Assembly: GCA_030704615.1 (NCBI GenBank)
Contig: CM060733.1
Coordinates: forward strand, 18,104,001-18,168,000
Source: Takakia lepidozioides
Taxonomy: Eukaryota; Plantae; Bryophyta
Reading direction: 5' to 3'
Length of the DNA: 64,000 nt
This document shows, one piece after another, positions 1 through 13,662 of this stretch (positions within the stretch are counted from its first letter, which is position 1; the number at the start of each line of letters is the position of its first letter). Both the position numbers and the translations under genes were made by a program. The notes beneath the pieces were generated by a model that did no database searches, had not been told where the DNA came from, and saw nothing but the letters and a program-made list of their open reading frames with translations.

Positions 1-48
1 ACAGCCCGCCACAGCCTGATACAGCCAGTCACAGCTCAGCACAGCTGG

Positions 49-771
49 TGTCGCGGCCCTTTGCCTTGAGGGCAGGGGGTCGGGACACATGAGGGGCTGC
101 CCCTGTGGTGGGGGCAGCGGCGACGATAGGTATGGGGGGCTGAAGCACCCTTGAGTGCCCAAGGCACTCAAGGAGGCGAAGGCGCTCACTAGGTGGAGCC
201 CCGCACACCGGGTTGCGGTGGAGGTGGCTCCACAAGGGGTGGTGGTAGCTTAGTGGGACTTAGTGGGGGTGGCATAGGACTCACCATGGGGTGGAGACCT
301 CGAGGTGGGAGTCGTGGGGAGTCTTGGGACTCATCATGGTCCATTGGGGCCGCGGTGAGTGGGCCAAGACTCACCGCGACTCACCACCGGGAGTCGAGGG
401 TTTTCGTGGTGGTTCGCCATAAAATGGCATGGCTGGTTATGAAACCCCGCGGACAGCTACAGAAGTATATATAGGGAGTAGTAACCCCGAGAACGGTGCA
501 AGCCCGTTGGTGACCAAAAACTAGTGAGTAATCGTGCGAGCCGGAAAGCGACCAAAGAGTGGGGAGCTGTTCCGGACTGCCATCTACCAAAGGGAATTCT
601 CCTAGTCCCAAATAGGTGGAGGGTTTTAGAGGAAGCGAATGGGGACCGTTATGTCCCGGTGAGTAGCCGAAACTCCAAGTTGGCCCGGCGGCCAGGTTGG
701 GAGTCAGGCGCGCGCATCAAAGCGGTTAACTATGACTTGAAGGGGAGTTTACCGAAGTGAGGTGCGCGACA
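49..771 (+). repeat. 5' LTR (723 bp)
   Basis: Direct repeat of 6296-7019, with TG...CA ends and a 7-bp terminal inverted repeat. Confidence 0.96.
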
Positions 772-773
772 TT

Positions 774-786
774 TGGTATCAGAGCC
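774..786 (+). promoter_or_regulatory. Primer binding site (tRNA-iMet)
   Basis: TGGTATCAGAGCC 2 nt after the 5' LTR, complementary to the 3' end of initiator tRNA-Met. Confidence 0.93.
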
Positions 787-826
787 TAGAGTTCAGTACG
801 CGATCGTCCTTGGGATCGGCCTCATC

Positions 827-3800
827 ATGGGGTCGGGCAAGCCGAAGCGAAAGCGGAACGGCCCAAAAGATGATGATCCCGGTGAGCCCGATGGGGGCGA
901 CGTGTCACCGAGGCGGCCGTTTGAGGAAGCGATGAATGTTTCCGAAAACGAGGCCGCTCAAGAGCGGGAGGAATCCGAGGAGTCGGAGCCCGAGGAATCC
1001 TCGAGAGCTCCGACAAACCAAGAGATGCCTCCCATGCCAGCAGCCTTTTGGGAAGGGTTGTTGGCGCAGTTTGGCGGGGCGTTGAAAGACGTGTTGAAGG
1101 CGGCTAATGCCACTTCCACTAAGGCAAAGTTTAAGGTGAAGCCTAAGGAACCCGGCACCTTTGAGGGCGTTCGAAACCGGAAGGCACTCAACACCTGGCT
1201 CCTGGAGCTAGAGCAGTACTTCCGGGCGGCCAAGTTGAGTGACGAGGATCGGGTGGAAGTGGCTCCCACCTATTTGAGGGGCTATGCTCAACAATGGTGG
1301 CAGAAACGCCTTCACGACCGAGGCCCAAGCCCGGAAACCTTGAACTGGAGTGGGTTCAAGGAATTGATGAAGAGACAGTTTGTGCCCCTCAACGCATCCT
1401 GGCTTGCCCGGGACAAGATGAGGAATTTGAAGCAAACAGATGACATTCGGGGGTATGTCCAGGCTTTCAATGTGCTGTTGCTCGAAGTCGCGGACATGGC
1501 GGAACCAGAAATGGTCTTCAACTTTGTGGCGGGACTGGCCCCATGGGCTAGGCGGAAGTTGGAGGAGAAGCCACCCAAGACTTTGAACGAGGCAATTGAG
1601 AGAGCTGAATGTTTCTCGGATGTCCCTAGGGGTGAGAGACAAGGCCGTACGGAGCTGAACCACAAGAAGACCCCGCGGGAAGGTGACTCCTCCCGACCGG
1701 AAAAGAAGTGGGATAGGCCACGCGGCGAAAATGGCACGTGGAAATCGAAGGGAGGGCCTTCACACGTCAAGGCGGCACCCGGTGCTTCGAAAGGAAAAGC
1801 GGGTGGAGCGGCTTATGGCGGACAGAAGGCGACCTTTGATGGAGTGTGTTTCAATTGCGGGGAGCCCGGGCACATGGCCAAGAAGTGCACGAAGCCCCGG
1901 CAATTGAACATGACTCGGGCGACCACGGAGCTGTCGGAAGATACCATCAGTCGTTTGGTGGAAGCGGTAGTCGCCAGGACTTGCAAGGTAGGCAACTATT
2001 CTTGTGAGTTGTATCAGGAAACTGGCGCCCTGCGTAAAGGGAGTCAGTTATTGTTCGTGGATGGGATAATATCCGGAACTAACGTGTCGTTGTTGGTGGA
2101 CACAGGAGCGTCGCACTCCTTCATGACGCCGGCGGCGGCGCGAAAGTTGGGACTCCCGACAAGTGACGTGGGGGCCTCTATTGAGGTGCGCTCTGCCAAA
2201 GGAGAACCTCAGTTGGCGACAAGGTTGGCGTTTGATGTTCCTCTTCAACTGGGGAGTTGGGAGGGACGTGAGAACTTCACTATCTGCGAGATCGATGGAG
2301 TGGATCTCATTTTGGGGATGACCTTTTTGAGCAAATCCGGAGCGGTCATAGATGGCCGCAAGAGAGTAGTCACGCTGCCATGTGGGAATGGTGGTGAAGT
2401 TTTACGAGTGTCGGAAACGCCCAAATCCGTGGGAGGGCGAATAAACCTTCTGTCAGCAAAGGAGTGGGCCGTGGAGGAGGCACACGAGTCCCAGTTTTTG
2501 CTTTACATTAGAGAAGTGAAAGGAGAAGGCGATGGGGAGCCGAGCCCAGATTGGATCAAAGGGATTTTGGAGAAATACCAGGATGTGATGCCGGAGGATT
2601 TACCAAGCGGCTTGCCACCGCGAAGAGGAGTTGACCACAAGATTGAGGTGATACCGGGATCGGAACCGCCTGCCAAGGCGCCCTACCGGTTGAGCCACAG
2701 AGAGTTGGTCGAGCTGAAGACTCAGCTCAAGGATCTAATGTCAAAGGGGTACATCCGGCCGAGTAAGTCACCTTACGGAGCCCCGGTGCTATTCGCAGAC
2801 AAGAAGGATGGGACGCTGCGGATGTGTGTCGATTACAGGGCTTTGAATAAGGTGACTATCAAAAACCGGTACCCTTTGCCAAGGATCGACGACCTCTTCG
2901 ATCGGTTGGCAGGAGCGAAGTATTTCAGCCGGATCGACTTGCGCTCCGGCTATCACCAAATTCGGGTGGCAGAAGGAGATGAGGAGAAGACCGCGTGCAG
3001 GACAAGGTATGGTTCATATGAGTTCTTGGTGATGCCTTTTGGGCTCACCAATGCACCAGCGACATTTAGCACGCTGATGAACAGCCTTTTCCAGGAGTGG
3101 TTGGATGACTTTGTGATCGTGTACATCGACGACATCTTGGTGTACTCGAAAACAAAGGAGGAGCACCTGGAGCACCTCAAAAGGGTGTTCCAAAAATTGC
3201 GGGACGGGAAGCTGTATGCCAAAGCTTCAAAGTGCGAATTCGGGGTCACAAAAGTGGAGTTCCTGGGGCATGTGATTACACAGGATGGGATCAAAATGGA
3301 TGACAGAAAGGTGAGGGCGATCTTGGACTGGGAGCCTCCGACTTCGGTCCCGGGAGTGCGATCCTTCCTAGGACTCGCCTCCTATTACCGGAAGTATGTG
3401 AGAAATTTCGCCAAGATCGCGGGGCCGCTGTCGGACCTTCTGTGTAAATCCAAAGTCTGGGTATGGAACACATTTTGTGGCCAAGCTTTTGCTGAATTGA
3501 AGCAGCGGATGACGGAAGCTCCAGTCTTGAAAATCCCGGAGTTCGATCGTCCGTTTGAGATTCATACAGATGCATCGGACTTCGCGATTGGGGGTGTACT
3601 TATGCAAGATGGACGACCAGTGGCTTACGAAAGTAAGAAACTGAATGAAGTGGAGCGACGGTGGCCGACGCACGAAAAAGAGATGAAGGCGGTGGTGCAT
3701 TGCCTTGAACTCTGGCGCCACTATGTTGGTTCCAACCCAGTGAAGGTGTTCACGGACAATGTCACGGTGAAGTATTTTGCCACGCAGCCCAAGTTGTCCC

Positions 3801-5389
3801 CAAAACAACTTAGGTGGCAAGATACTTTGGCAGTGTTCGACGTGGATATCCAGTACAAACCGGGACGGGACAATGTGGTGGCCGATGCTTTAAGTAGAAA
3901 GCAGCAGCTCTTGTTGGTGTACAAGGGCGAGACGGCGCTCCAAAGGAAGATCCGGAAGGCTTGCCGGAAGGATGAGCTGGCAAAGCGCGTGATGCAGGAC
4001 TTGAGAATGGGGGTTAAATCGCAGTTCCACTTGCAAAAAGGACTGCTCCGGTATAAGCAAAAACGTCTCTATGTGCCAAAGGGAGGGATCAGAGATAGCC
4101 TCTTGAGAGAATGCCATGATAGCCTGCTTGCGGGCCACGGCGGAGCCAAGCGCACTGCGGCACTCTTGAAGAAAGAGTATTTCTGGCCCAAACTGAGGGA
4201 GGAGGCAGAGGAGTATGTCAAGACATGCACCACATGCCAACAAAACCGGAGCGAGTACAAAAAGCAAGCGGGGCTGTTACAACCCTTGCCGATTCCAGAG
4301 GGGACTTGGGAAAGCGTCTCGATGGATTTCATGACTGCTATGCCGCTGTCAAAAGGATTCGATGCAATCATGGTGGTGGTAGATAGGTTCAGTAAAATGG
4401 CCCATTTCATCCCCACCAAGGAGACGGCAACGGCGCAGGAGACAGGGCGACTTTACTTCGCCCACGTCTTAAAGCATCATGGAGTCCCGAAGGATATTGT
4501 CTCGGACCGCGACCCAAAGTTTACGAGTAAATTTTGGAGAGCACTTTGGAAGAAGATGGGGACGAGGCTGAAGATGAGCACCGCCTTCCGACCTACGACG
4601 GACGGCCAAACGGAAAGAGTGAATTCCGTAGTGAAGCAATTCTTGCGGAATTACGTGTCGGCAGACCAATCAGACTGGATGGAACACTTAGACGCGGCAG
4701 AGTTCTGTTATAATAACACAGAACACTCCGCGACGGGAATTTCCCCTTTTGTGTTGGTCTATGGAAAAGCACCTCTGGTGCCGACAAGTTGGGCCGCCCA
4801 GGACGTTGAGGAACCGGCAGTAGCGGCGGTGCTGGAAGAACGCGAGCGTTTGTTGAAGCTCGCAAAGTACAACATTGCCAAAGCTAGGAAACGGTATGAA
4901 AGGCAGGCGAATCGGAAGCGGAGGGAAGTGAAGTTTGAGGCAGGCACAGAGGTCTGGTTGAACATCAAGAATTTTCGACTACCTCCGGAAGTGAGTCCGA
5001 AGTTCGTACCTCCGTATGCGGGTCCCTTTCGCATTCGGAGGGTTATGAATGAGGATGTGTATGAATTGGAGCTGCCGGCAAACAGCAAGGTGCACCCAGT
5101 ATTCCATGTCTCCCTTTTGAAGCCTTACTTCAAAGATGAAGCACGTCCGAATCGGCAGCAAGTGTTGCGTCCGCCACCTATGCTGTTGGATCATGAAAAT
5201 GAACCCGAGTACGAGGTGGAGGCAATACTTAAGTCGAGGAGGTTCAAGAACCGAGAAACGGAGTATCTCGTCAAATGGAAGGGCTATCATCTTGTGGAGG
5301 CATCTTGGGTGCGTGCCTCAGAAATGGGAAACGCATCCGAGGCAGTTGCAGCGTTCGAAGGGCGACCTCAAAAGCGGAAGAAACGTTGA
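827..5389 (+). CDS. Gag-Pol polyprotein with C-terminal chromodomain
   Basis: First ATG at 827 within ORF 773-5389. Motifs: zinc knuckle [14 protein letters not shown], protease LVDTGAS, RT YIDD, RNase H TDAS, integrase HHCC/DDE/GPF, chromodomain EYEVEAIL...YLVKWKGY...SW, basic C-terminus PQKRKKR. Confidence 0.96.
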   Translation: MGSGKPKRKRNGPKDDDPGEPDGGDVSPRRPFEEAMNVSENEAAQEREESEESEPEESSRAPTNQEMPPMPAAFWEGLLAQFGGALKDVLKAANATSTKAKFKVKPKEPGTFEGVRNRKALNTWLLELEQYFRAAKLSDEDRVEVAPTYLRGYAQQWWQKRLHDRGPSPETLNWSGFKELMKRQFVPLNASWLARDKMRNLKQTDDIRGYVQAFNVLLLEVADMAEPEMVFNFVAGLAPWARRKLEEKPPKTLNEAIERAECFSDVPRGERQGRTELNHKKTPREGDSSRPEKKWDRPRGENGTWKSKGGPSHVKAAPGASKGKAGGAAYGGQKATFDGVCFNCGEPGHMAKKCTKPRQLNMTRATTELSEDTISRLVEAVVARTCKVGNYSCELYQETGALRKGSQLLFVDGIISGTNVSLLVDTGASHSFMTPAAARKLGLPTSDVGASIEVRSAKGEPQLATRLAFDVPLQLGSWEGRENFTICEIDGVDLILGMTFLSKSGAVIDGRKRVVTLPCGNGGEVLRVSETPKSVGGRINLLSAKEWAVEEAHESQFLLYIREVKGEGDGEPSPDWIKGILEKYQDVMPEDLPSGLPPRRGVDHKIEVIPGSEPPAKAPYRLSHRELVELKTQLKDLMSKGYIRPSKSPYGAPVLFADKKDGTLRMCVDYRALNKVTIKNRYPLPRIDDLFDRLAGAKYFSRIDLRSGYHQIRVAEGDEEKTACRTRYGSYEFLVMPFGLTNAPATFSTLMNSLFQEWLDDFVIVYIDDILVYSKTKEEHLEHLKRVFQKLRDGKLYAKASKCEFGVTKVEFLGHVITQDGIKMDDRKVRAILDWEPPTSVPGVRSFLGLASYYRKYVRNFAKIAGPLSDLLCKSKVWVWNTFCGQAFAELKQRMTEAPVLKIPEFDRPFEIHTDASDFAIGGVLMQDGRPVAYESKKLNEVERRWPTHEKEMKAVVHCLELWRHYVGSNPVKVFTDNVTVKYFATQPKLSPKQLRWQDTLAVFDVDIQYKPGRDNVVADALSRKQQLLLVYKGETALQRKIRKACRKDELAKRVMQDLRMGVKSQFHLQKGLLRYKQKRLYVPKGGIRDSLLRECHDSLLAGHGGAKRTAALLKKEYFWPKLREEAEEYVKTCTTCQQNRSEYKKQAGLLQPLPIPEGTWESVSMDFMTAMPLSKGFDAIMVVVDRFSKMAHFIPTKETATAQETGRLYFAHVLKHHGVPKDIVSDRDPKFTSKFWRALWKKMGTRLKMSTAFRPTTDGQTERVNSVVKQFLRNYVSADQSDWMEHLDAAEFCYNNTEHSATGISPFVLVYGKAPLVPTSWAAQDVEEPAVAAVLEERERLLKLAKYNIAKARKRYERQANRKRREVKFEAGTEVWLNIKNFRLPPEVSPKFVPPYAGPFRIRRVMNEDVYELELPANSKVHPVFHVSLLKPYFKDEARPNRQQVLRPPPMLLDHENEPEYEVEAILKSRRFKNRETEYLVKWKGYHLVEASWVRASEMGNASEAVAAFEGRPQKRKKR

Positions 5390-6280
5390 TGGGGACATCA
5401 ACCTTGGAGCGTGGGGGAGGAAATGCATACTTAGCCCGGTTTAGCTAGCTCAGGAATCCGATTGCAAAAACTTGTATTGTACAAAAATTTGTTATAAAGG
5501 AAATGGGTTCCAAATATTGTGCGTCCTATTGTGTTTGAAATGGTGATGCATGGTGTGGTTGACTAGTGTGTAGAATGCATGCTAGCTTACAAAAGTAGGA
5601 GAGGTAAATTGAGTTAATCGTGTGTTTGCGCAGTGCCGAAATCGGGTGACTCCCATCCAAGGGGCAAGGAAACTTGCGCCTTATTTGGGAGTTCACGTGC
5701 TAGAGCGCACCTGGCGCGTGCGCGTACTATAACTGCGCTACCGAGGGGGTTGCCTTGTAGTGCGGGCTAACGCGGAAGCTACGTGCTTCCGTTCACGTAC
5801 TATAATCGTGTAGCCTCGGGACGAAGTCGTAGTGCGGCTTCGGCGTGTTCCTGTACCTCAGGCCAGCATTCCAAGGTGGACCCAATTGTAGTGATTGGGG
5901 CGCACGGTTGGTTCAAGGTTATCTTCCTAGTCAAAGAGGGTTCCAGGTGAACCCTTGCTCAAGGTGATGCCAAAAGCGGCATCATGAGCGATCGCAAGCA
6001 ATGTTGTTGCAGTAAGGCGATTCGATCCTCGGGGAGGATCGTTCCTTGGCCTTGAAGTAGGCCAAGAAGAGTGCACTGGGAGGAGCTGGAGAGGCTCCAC
6101 CCTTGGCCGGGACTTGGAGGAAGTCGGCCGAACTAGCTAGTGGAGAGTGGAGTCAAGTGTGGGGTTTGGTTCTTTGCCATGGGACGCCATGGTACGGAAA
6201 CAAACTCCTTGATGTGGGACGCCACAACTTGGATGTTCGTTTCTACAAAATGGACAAGTCGATGAGGACATCGACTCCCT

Positions 6281-6295
6281 GTTGGTAGGGGTGTG
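6281..6295 (+). promoter_or_regulatory. Polypurine-tract-like sequence
   Basis: GTTGGTAGGGGTGTG directly before the 3' LTR. Confidence 0.7.
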
Positions 6296-7019
6296 TGTCG
6301 CGGCCCTTTGCCTTGAGGGCAGGGGGTCGGGACACATGAGGGGCTGCCCCTGTGGTGGGGGCAGCGGCGACGATAGGTATGGGGGGCTGAAGCACCCTTG
6401 AGTGCCCAAGGCACTCAAGGAGGCGAAGGCGCTCACTAGGTGGAGCCCCGCACACCGGGTTGCGGTGGAGGTGGCTCCACAAGGGGTGGTGGTAGCTTAG
6501 TGGGACTTAGTGGGGGTGGCATAGGACTCACCATGGGGTGGAGACCTCGAGGTGGGAGTCGTGGGGAGTCTTGGGACTCATCATGGTCCATTGGGGCCGC
6601 GGTGAGTGGGCCAAGACTCACCGCGACTCACCACCGGGAGTCGAGGGTTTTCGTGGTGGTTCGCCATAAAATGGCATGGCTGGTTATGAAACCCCCGCGG
6701 ACAGCTACAGAAGTATATATAGGGAGTAGTAACCCCGAGAACGGTGCAAGCCCGTTGGTGACCAAAAACTAGTGAGTAATCGTGCGAGCCGGAAAGCGAC
6801 CAAAGAGTGGGGAGCTGTTCCGGACTGCCATCTACCAAAGGGAATTCTCCTAGTCCCAAATAGGTGGAGGGTTTTAGAGGAAGCGAATGGGGACCGTTAT
6901 GTCCCGGTGAGTAGCCGAAACTCCAAGTTGGCCCGGCGGCCAGGTTGGGAGTCAGGCGCGCGCATCAAAGCGGTTAACTATGACTTGAAGGGGAGTTTAC
7001 CGAAGTGAGGTGCGCGACA
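6296..7019 (+). repeat. 3' LTR (724 bp)
   Basis: Near-identical to the 5' LTR; the only difference I noticed is one extra C in a C-run near 6692. Confidence 0.96.
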
Positions 7020-7547
7020 GCTGGGGGACAGTTATCATTGGCAGGGAACGACGGTGGGGGAACGACATCTAAAAAAGAAACGTGTACTACAGGGATGACG
7101 GTTAGTTAGGAAAGCGGTTAGAACAGCTTGTAGGTAGAAAAAGCGAAGAGCGGGGAGGTCTGGAGATCACTTCTTGGGGGGGACTTCCGGCATTAGGGCT
7201 TGGAAATAGAAGGGAGAGCACATCTCTGAGTGGAAAGATGAAGAGCACGGAGTAGGAGAAGTGACGATTGGTTGTTACTTGATGAATGCAAGCTGTAGAA
7301 TTGTAATGGAGAGTAGGTTAGAGACACCATGGCTTCAGCCTGATACTTGATAGATATTAATCTGATACATACTTCATACTCACACTGTGTAGAGAGACCT
7401 GAGTGAAGCTGTGGAATGAATGGATGGAACTTGATAGATTTCTGAAGCAAACTGATACTTAATTGCCGAAAGTAAGGTAACTCGCTAACATGAATGCGGG
7501 AAGGAGTACAAATAGGAAACACCCCCATGATACACTAGCTGTAGGTC

Positions 7548-8734
7548 ATGACTGATTGTTCTGAGCGGGCTGAGTGCTTAGAGATTTCCAACTCTTCTAT
7601 CTTGGAGTTCCCACCTCGGATAGCGAAGGGATGGGTGAGTAAAAGCCGCTCGACATTTGGCGACCATACTGGGGAACTAAGTCTTGAACAACCAGATGTG
7701 ACAAGCATCTGGTGGGATCATGGTGGTTGGAGAATTAGAGAATTTGATGTGAATCAAATTCCCTGTGAAACTGAGAAGGAAAGATTGTCCAAACGATTCT
7801 TTCAGAGGTTCTTGGAATTGCCAAACGGTTGTAAAGAAAACATTCTTAAAAGAGTGCATGATGCTGACCCTGAATGGGGTCTGGAGAAAGGGGTGATAAA
7901 GATTTATCAGGTGGCCTGTAGAGGAAGAGCACGTTGGTTACCAACACTGGTTTATGTGATAGCATTGCTATCCATTAAGCGAGTAGGTTTGAAGGCTGGG
8001 AGGAAAGAAAGGTGAATGTTTATACTCACATGCATGAAGAGCTTGTACTGGTAAAGAATTGGATTCCAAAGGATATTTTGTGGATCAAACTCACACCAAG
8101 AACAGCTTTCCAGACTTGTTTGCCATATGGTTATATGGTAACGGAGACTTCTAGTATAGCCAAGGGTGCATTGAAGCTTGAAAGAAACCCAGGCATATAC
8201 GAGAGATATTACAGAAGAGAGTTTTGGTTATTGCCACATTAAAAGAAATGAAAGACATGGGACATGAGTGATGAAAGAGAAGCTAGACTCTAGAGATATT
8301 CAGCAAAAAGAGAAAGCTATCTGAAAGCTAATTATCCATATCTTTGGGAGAGAGGAATAGACATAGGGGAATCATCTGGACCTCTCACACCATTAAGATC
8401 AGAGAGTACATCACCCATACCGGAAGAACTAGAGTTGGATGCCACTCCTTCTTTTTCTTTGCAAGAAAGATAGCTGGGAATACTGTGAATATCGTGGGGC
8501 CAGTAGCAAGGAGTGCTCAGGGGCCACCACTTGGTGGAAGATCCACCACAACTACAACAGGGCCTCAAGGACCAGCACCAGCAAGGGTGCCAGCACCTGT
8601 CAGTGGGCAGAAGGAAGGGCCACAAGGGTAGAAGCATGGTACGGGCCATCCAAAAGCGGCAACTTGCAGTCCATAAAAAATGGACATATGAAGTAGAAAA
8701 CGCAGCACGCGGGAACGAAGTCGGAAAAAGTTGA
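7548..8734 (+). pseudogene. Possible degraded ORF of unknown family
   Basis: Chain of abutting + strand ORFs (7548-8015, 8012-8242, 8513-8734) without introns or recognisable motifs. Confidence 0.2.
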
Positions 8735-11700
8735 ATTTATTGTAGTCGTTGATTGTTTTTGTACATCAAGTTATTACCGTCGATTGGAGGTTGCCTTCAT
8801 CGGGGGGTGGCTGGAAGATGGCTGGTTGCGTTGGGCTAGACGCGGGGACGACGAGCTGCCATGTATGACGCGCGATGCACAACTAGAAGCTAGCTAGGAC
8901 GTACGAGTTGATTGGGATTGGGATTGTGAAGAGATTGGGAAGAGATTGGGAATGTTTGATCACAAAAGTTTGCTTACCATTTTGTAAGATTTTTAGGGTT
9001 TAGCTTATGATTGTTTCATCGACTCTACGCATGCGTGAAGTTCATTTTCATTTCTGTGTTTCTATGGGCGCGCTTGGGTGGTGGTAGCAGAGGAAGCGGG
9101 CGATGCGAGCAGCGCTTATAAAGTGCAACATTGTGTATTGTTGCCATAGCAGCAGAGGTACGAGGGTAGAGGAGTAGAGGAGGAGCTTGGGCGGGGGTGC
9201 TCGGGTGTGCCATCGCTGGAAAAGCACTTGATTGTTGCCTGACTCTACCCTTGGTAAGTTTCGTTCAAGTTCGTGGCCAGTCGATTTGGTGTGCGGCATA
9301 TCTGGAATTAGGTTCTTGCAAGCATGAATGTTTCTGTCGTAGCGCCTGGAAAGAGATGGCAGATTGCCATCCAAATGATGATCATGACTAGTAACTTTCC
9401 ACTTGACCTCTACAAGTACGAGCCACCGCTGCGATCTTTCACGCCTGATTCTATACTTCTTGCATTGTGCATTTGAACACAGTGGTTAATTGTCTTTCTT
9501 GAATCTTGACAATGATGCCTGTTTTGTTTATCATTCTCTATGGTGTGTTCCTTGTTGGGTTGGTATTTCTCCATTTTTTTCCCTGCCCAGAGAAGGATAT
9601 ACTTATGTCTTGTTAGTGAGTCTAGTTGAGCTAATTTTTGGAGCTACCTGCTAGCAATTCATGTTGTAAAACCCTAAAAATTTAGGCTACACAGTCATTC
9701 ATACATGACAGTTTGTATGTGACCATTACGGTGAGGGTACCTGCACGATGATTGATCACAAAAGTCTGCTTACTATTACCTTTGTGAGGGGCTCACTCCA
9801 GTAGTTGGAGCTACCTTGATATAAACAATTGGTTGCATCAATCTGCTGTGTCTGAGCTACCTAGCAATTAGACCCCAACAGGGCCAGGGCCTTAGGCTCA
9901 GAATCAATACTTTGAAAGTTAGTGAACAGAGGTGCAAGCACTATACGGTCCTGAAGAGGGTGGCTCCCTGATGAGAATACCCGTGACACTGTTTTAGAAA
10001 ATGGGTATTGCCTTCAGCGCGCCCACACATCGAGCATTGACAATCTCCCTTTCCTCTCTGCATGTGTTATTTGTTCAAGAATTGACCCCCCGCCCTGGGG
10101 TTAAATTGTAGTTTAATGTTGAGGATAGGTAGGTCTTTCAGCCTAAGGTTCACCCATGTCACAAACTGGAAACAAGTTCAGGGATGTTTATTCCTAACTT
10201 ATTTTTGTTCAAGCATTATTCATGCTTCGGACGTGGCTTTAGACACTTCAACCTCCAAGTGAGCTTCATCCAGCAGGGTCAGTTCTTCCTGTCCAAACTT
10301 CAGGTACTTGAAACATCTCCTCTACATTTTTCTGCCATGACTTCAAACTGTTTAACAGGACGGTCTTGCTTCCAAGAAATAGAGTCTGTCATCTTAGGGT
10401 ATCTGGTATTAGGCACTGAGCCCACCATCTGACCTTGAACTAACTCATGACTTTGAGAGCTCGAGGGTGGTGCGCCAAACTCGCCTTGAACAGCCGCATT
10501 AGCTATTGTAGAGCACGCTGACATGCTCTCTTTGAGCACCGAAAGCTGAATGGATTTTAAAGTTTTAGGCATGGTTGGAGTTGCTCTCCCACACGGCAAT
10601 GCCTACTCCAAGGTAGGCCAACATGGTCGTTGTAACTTCAGTATTAATCCGTCTGCAGTGGAAACATTTGAGTGAGAATATCCAAAGTTTGTGTTTAGTT
10701 GTTTGACCTGTTTTGTGTATGTTCATCACAGTTACAACTGGAGGAGAAATCCACAGCAAGATATGTGCTGGAAGGGAGCACACAATTGTGGCATTTAATG
10801 ATCGTGGGGAGGGATGAGGGGATCTGGCCTAATCTGGCCTACCATGCAGACTTGTGAACTGTTGTCTCTGGCTGGTTTCAAGTGAGACTGCATGCCCTTT
10901 TTTTTGTCAAGTTGCATTTGTATATGGCTTGTACCAAGTGTGGTCGTTGTTATAAAAGGGACGATATCAGCGAGGCAGGGGAAGAGTAGCAGATGTACCA
11001 TAGGTAGCTGAATGTAAAGTTTGTCACACTGGTAGTGGGTACCAAGTCCAGTCTATTCAAACAGGTGAACAGACCCCTGAGTTTGTGTCACTTATCTTTG
11101 TTGTTATGACTTCAAACTACTCTCCAACGAGCTACCCTTTTTGTGTTATAGTGAGGGGGGCAAGTGGATCCCATTTTTGGAGACCTGGACAGTAACCTAT
11201 TTTCTAGTGTGCAGAAGAAGGGCCCAACAGTGTGATTGTTGATTGCCAAGGAATTTTGAGTGTCTGTGTTGAAAATGTTTGGTTTCTCTTGCTGCCATGT
11301 TAGTCCTTGATCCTCTGATTCCATCTGCTTGCCTGCATATGTTGTCGCATTTGTGGGGCTACTATTTAACAAGTTTCAGCTGTTTGTGCAGCTGATTTGC
11401 GGGATGGCAGGTGGCCTGCGGCTCTCCCTCACGCTACCTCCCACCACATCTTGCAAAAGCATTACAGGTGTGGCACCCCCTTAGCTTTTGTGCAATCCGG
11501 TGTTCCCTACTCATATTTTCACTTTTATTGCGTACCTCATAGCCTAGGTGGGGTAGAGGGGTAGAGTAGTCTCTTGTTGTTGTAGCACGTGACAACCCAG
11601 CTCATCCTTGCGTACCTAATTACCTAAACTGAACCATGACGCTAGATTGAAGGAACTTGTCCCTTCTGTCAATCATTGGTTGGGATCGAAGAGGAATATG

Positions 11701-12199
11701 GCAATGCATATCATCAATATGTGAATGTTGATTCTCTGAAACTTCACCATGTGGGGGAATATAGAATTTGGAAACGTGTGGAAAGCAGGTTTGTCATCTA
11801 TGTGGATCTCTTGCACTTCTTGAAGGATGCACTTGCGTTAACCAGAGACGATCCAGACTTGGCCTCTGATTGAAAAGGTAATTTCATGTCAGAATTAGGT
11901 AGTATGGTTGTCATGAAGCTGGAAATATCAGTAGGGTTTAGGGTTTGTTGGTTTGTTGTTTTGTTGGTTTGTTGGTTCTCATGAAGCTGGAAATGTCGGT
12001 AGGGTGTTGGTTTGTAGCTCCATCCTTGCCCCCTCATGTTGCTGTCTCCGTACATAACCAACCTGGAGTTGTAAAAAACTAGTTTAATGGGAGTGTGGGG
12101 CTGGGAGTATGTAGGGCACTCAGGAAGCGGTTCAAAACAATGGTGCAGTCGGGGAGTAAATTACAGAATTCACCTACGAATGGGAAGAGTTCCAATTGA

Positions 12200-12262
12200 A
12201 TATTATCAATAAAGTTTAATCAGGGCCTCTGTCCCCTCTTATCTCAAAAAAAGAAAAAGAAA
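12200..12262 (+). mobile_element. Probable LINE 3' tail remnant
   Basis: AATAAA...CAGGGCCTCTGTCCCCT...A-rich tail, resembling the 3' end of the L1 at 40150-40209 (AATAAAA...CAGGGCTCTAACCCCT...polyA). Confidence 0.45.
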
Positions 12263-13299
12263 TGAAGATGACGTGCTGAAGGGATCGATGGAGCTCTGCG
12301 CGAGCTCCGCGATTTGCGGTGAGAGGAGAGCCCAAGGGTCTCTTCATCTCTCTCCTCCAGCAGAACGATTCCACGATCCGACAAGGTTTGATGATTGGGA
12401 ACGCAAGAGGCTCGCATCAACAAGGCGTGTCTTTTCTGGAGCAGCCCATTCTCTTTATTTTGATACAAATGAAAACCAAATCGCCTTACTTTAAGGTGGA
12501 CAAGCAAACATTGTAGTTATTCATTCCCTCTTGACATCCTCATCCACTGCCAGCATCTAAGTGTTTATATCTTCATCATCAATAGCAGGGCGGCTAACTC
12601 AGGCGTCTGAAAGCAGACAACCATCACCATGAAGTTGATGTCCCCCAACCCCTGCCAATCTCATTATATCCTAGGATCACACAACAGCTAAGCCCGCCAT
12701 CCCGCATAATCTTCCCAACTCCTCCCCTCTGTCTCAAGGTAGAGCTGAAGGGTCTAACCGTGCTGTTGCAGTGAGCAGGATCATCGCCCAAGCCTTGCTT
12801 CGCTACCTCTCAATTCCAGCTACACCAGTAAGCCTATCTCCAGGAATAGAAAGACCAATTCAAAAAGCCAGAGTCAATGAGACCAACCCGGGGACAATGG
12901 ATGATCAACTCCAGCTCAGCCCACGCCATAGAAGAAACTCAGCAGGGGGGAGATGAATGACCCAATGATTATGGAAGCCGGAAACTCGGTCAGGCCTCTA
13001 GGGTTTGTACAAAGCAAACTTAAACAATCGGAATCATCCCCCTTTGGCAACTGCAATAAAGTTCTTAAATCCCATGTGGACCAAAGGGGAGTCTGGCCAA
13101 TTTGTGGTCATTGCAAGCAACCCGGTGATGGCAAGAATATGCCTGGGCCTACATTCATTTCCAAAGCTAACCCTGGAAGGTTTCTCACAATTAGACACTG
13201 ATAATCCCCCAAAAGCTTCATGTGTCACTCCACTGGTCTTCAGGAAAGGGAACCCTCCCTCCTTTCTCATTACCTCTGGGAATGCGGAGTGTTTGAAGT

Positions 13300-13662
13300 C
13301 TCTGACTTCATAAGAGGTTTGGGCTCCAGGGAGAGTACAATTTTGTGCTTCAGCATTACCAAACAATGCAAGAACGTTGGGCCTCATAAACATCTATGCA
13401 CCGAATGACAATTGGGAATAATGCTCAGAGCTATGGGATCTCATTGACTCCAAAATGAGGAACCAAAATGCCATAGATCAATGGATGCTTGGGGGAGACT
13501 TCAACATGGTAGAATCGCCAGAGGACCGAAGAGAGGTTGCCTCAATCAACTCCGGATCCGAGGATCTCCAACGCTGGCTCAACCTGTATGGTGGAAATCG
13601 TCTCTGACCCAACAGACACCCAACAATCCCCGAACCCTCACTTTACATGGTCAAACAACCGA
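13300..13662 (+). mobile_element. L1-type LINE ORF2, 5' part (APE endonuclease), degenerate; 5' boundary not resolved
   Basis: Reads INIYAPN...WMLGGDFNMV...FTWSNNR and continues in frame at 35326 (DLPNLQMALLDRFY) once the MULE and one TSD copy are removed. Confidence 0.88.

Larger units (their letters stand above)
49..7019 (+). mobile_element. Intact Ty3/Gypsy LTR retrotransposon, chromovirus (Galadriel-like, lineage tentative)
   Basis: Two LTRs TGTCGCG...CGCGACA; 5-bp TSD GCTGG at 44-48 and 7020-7024; tRNA-iMet PBS; PPT; single uninterrupted gag-pol ORF with PR-RT-RH-INT-chromodomain order. Confidence 0.97.

Noticed and set aside
29-760. Small ORFs within the LTRs (also 6243-7008) and antisense to gag-pol
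   Set aside because: GC-rich LTR sequence or shadow frames with no motifs.
8800-12200. Host gene
   Set aside because: Only short ORFs and isolated splice-like signals; I could not build a coherent protein.
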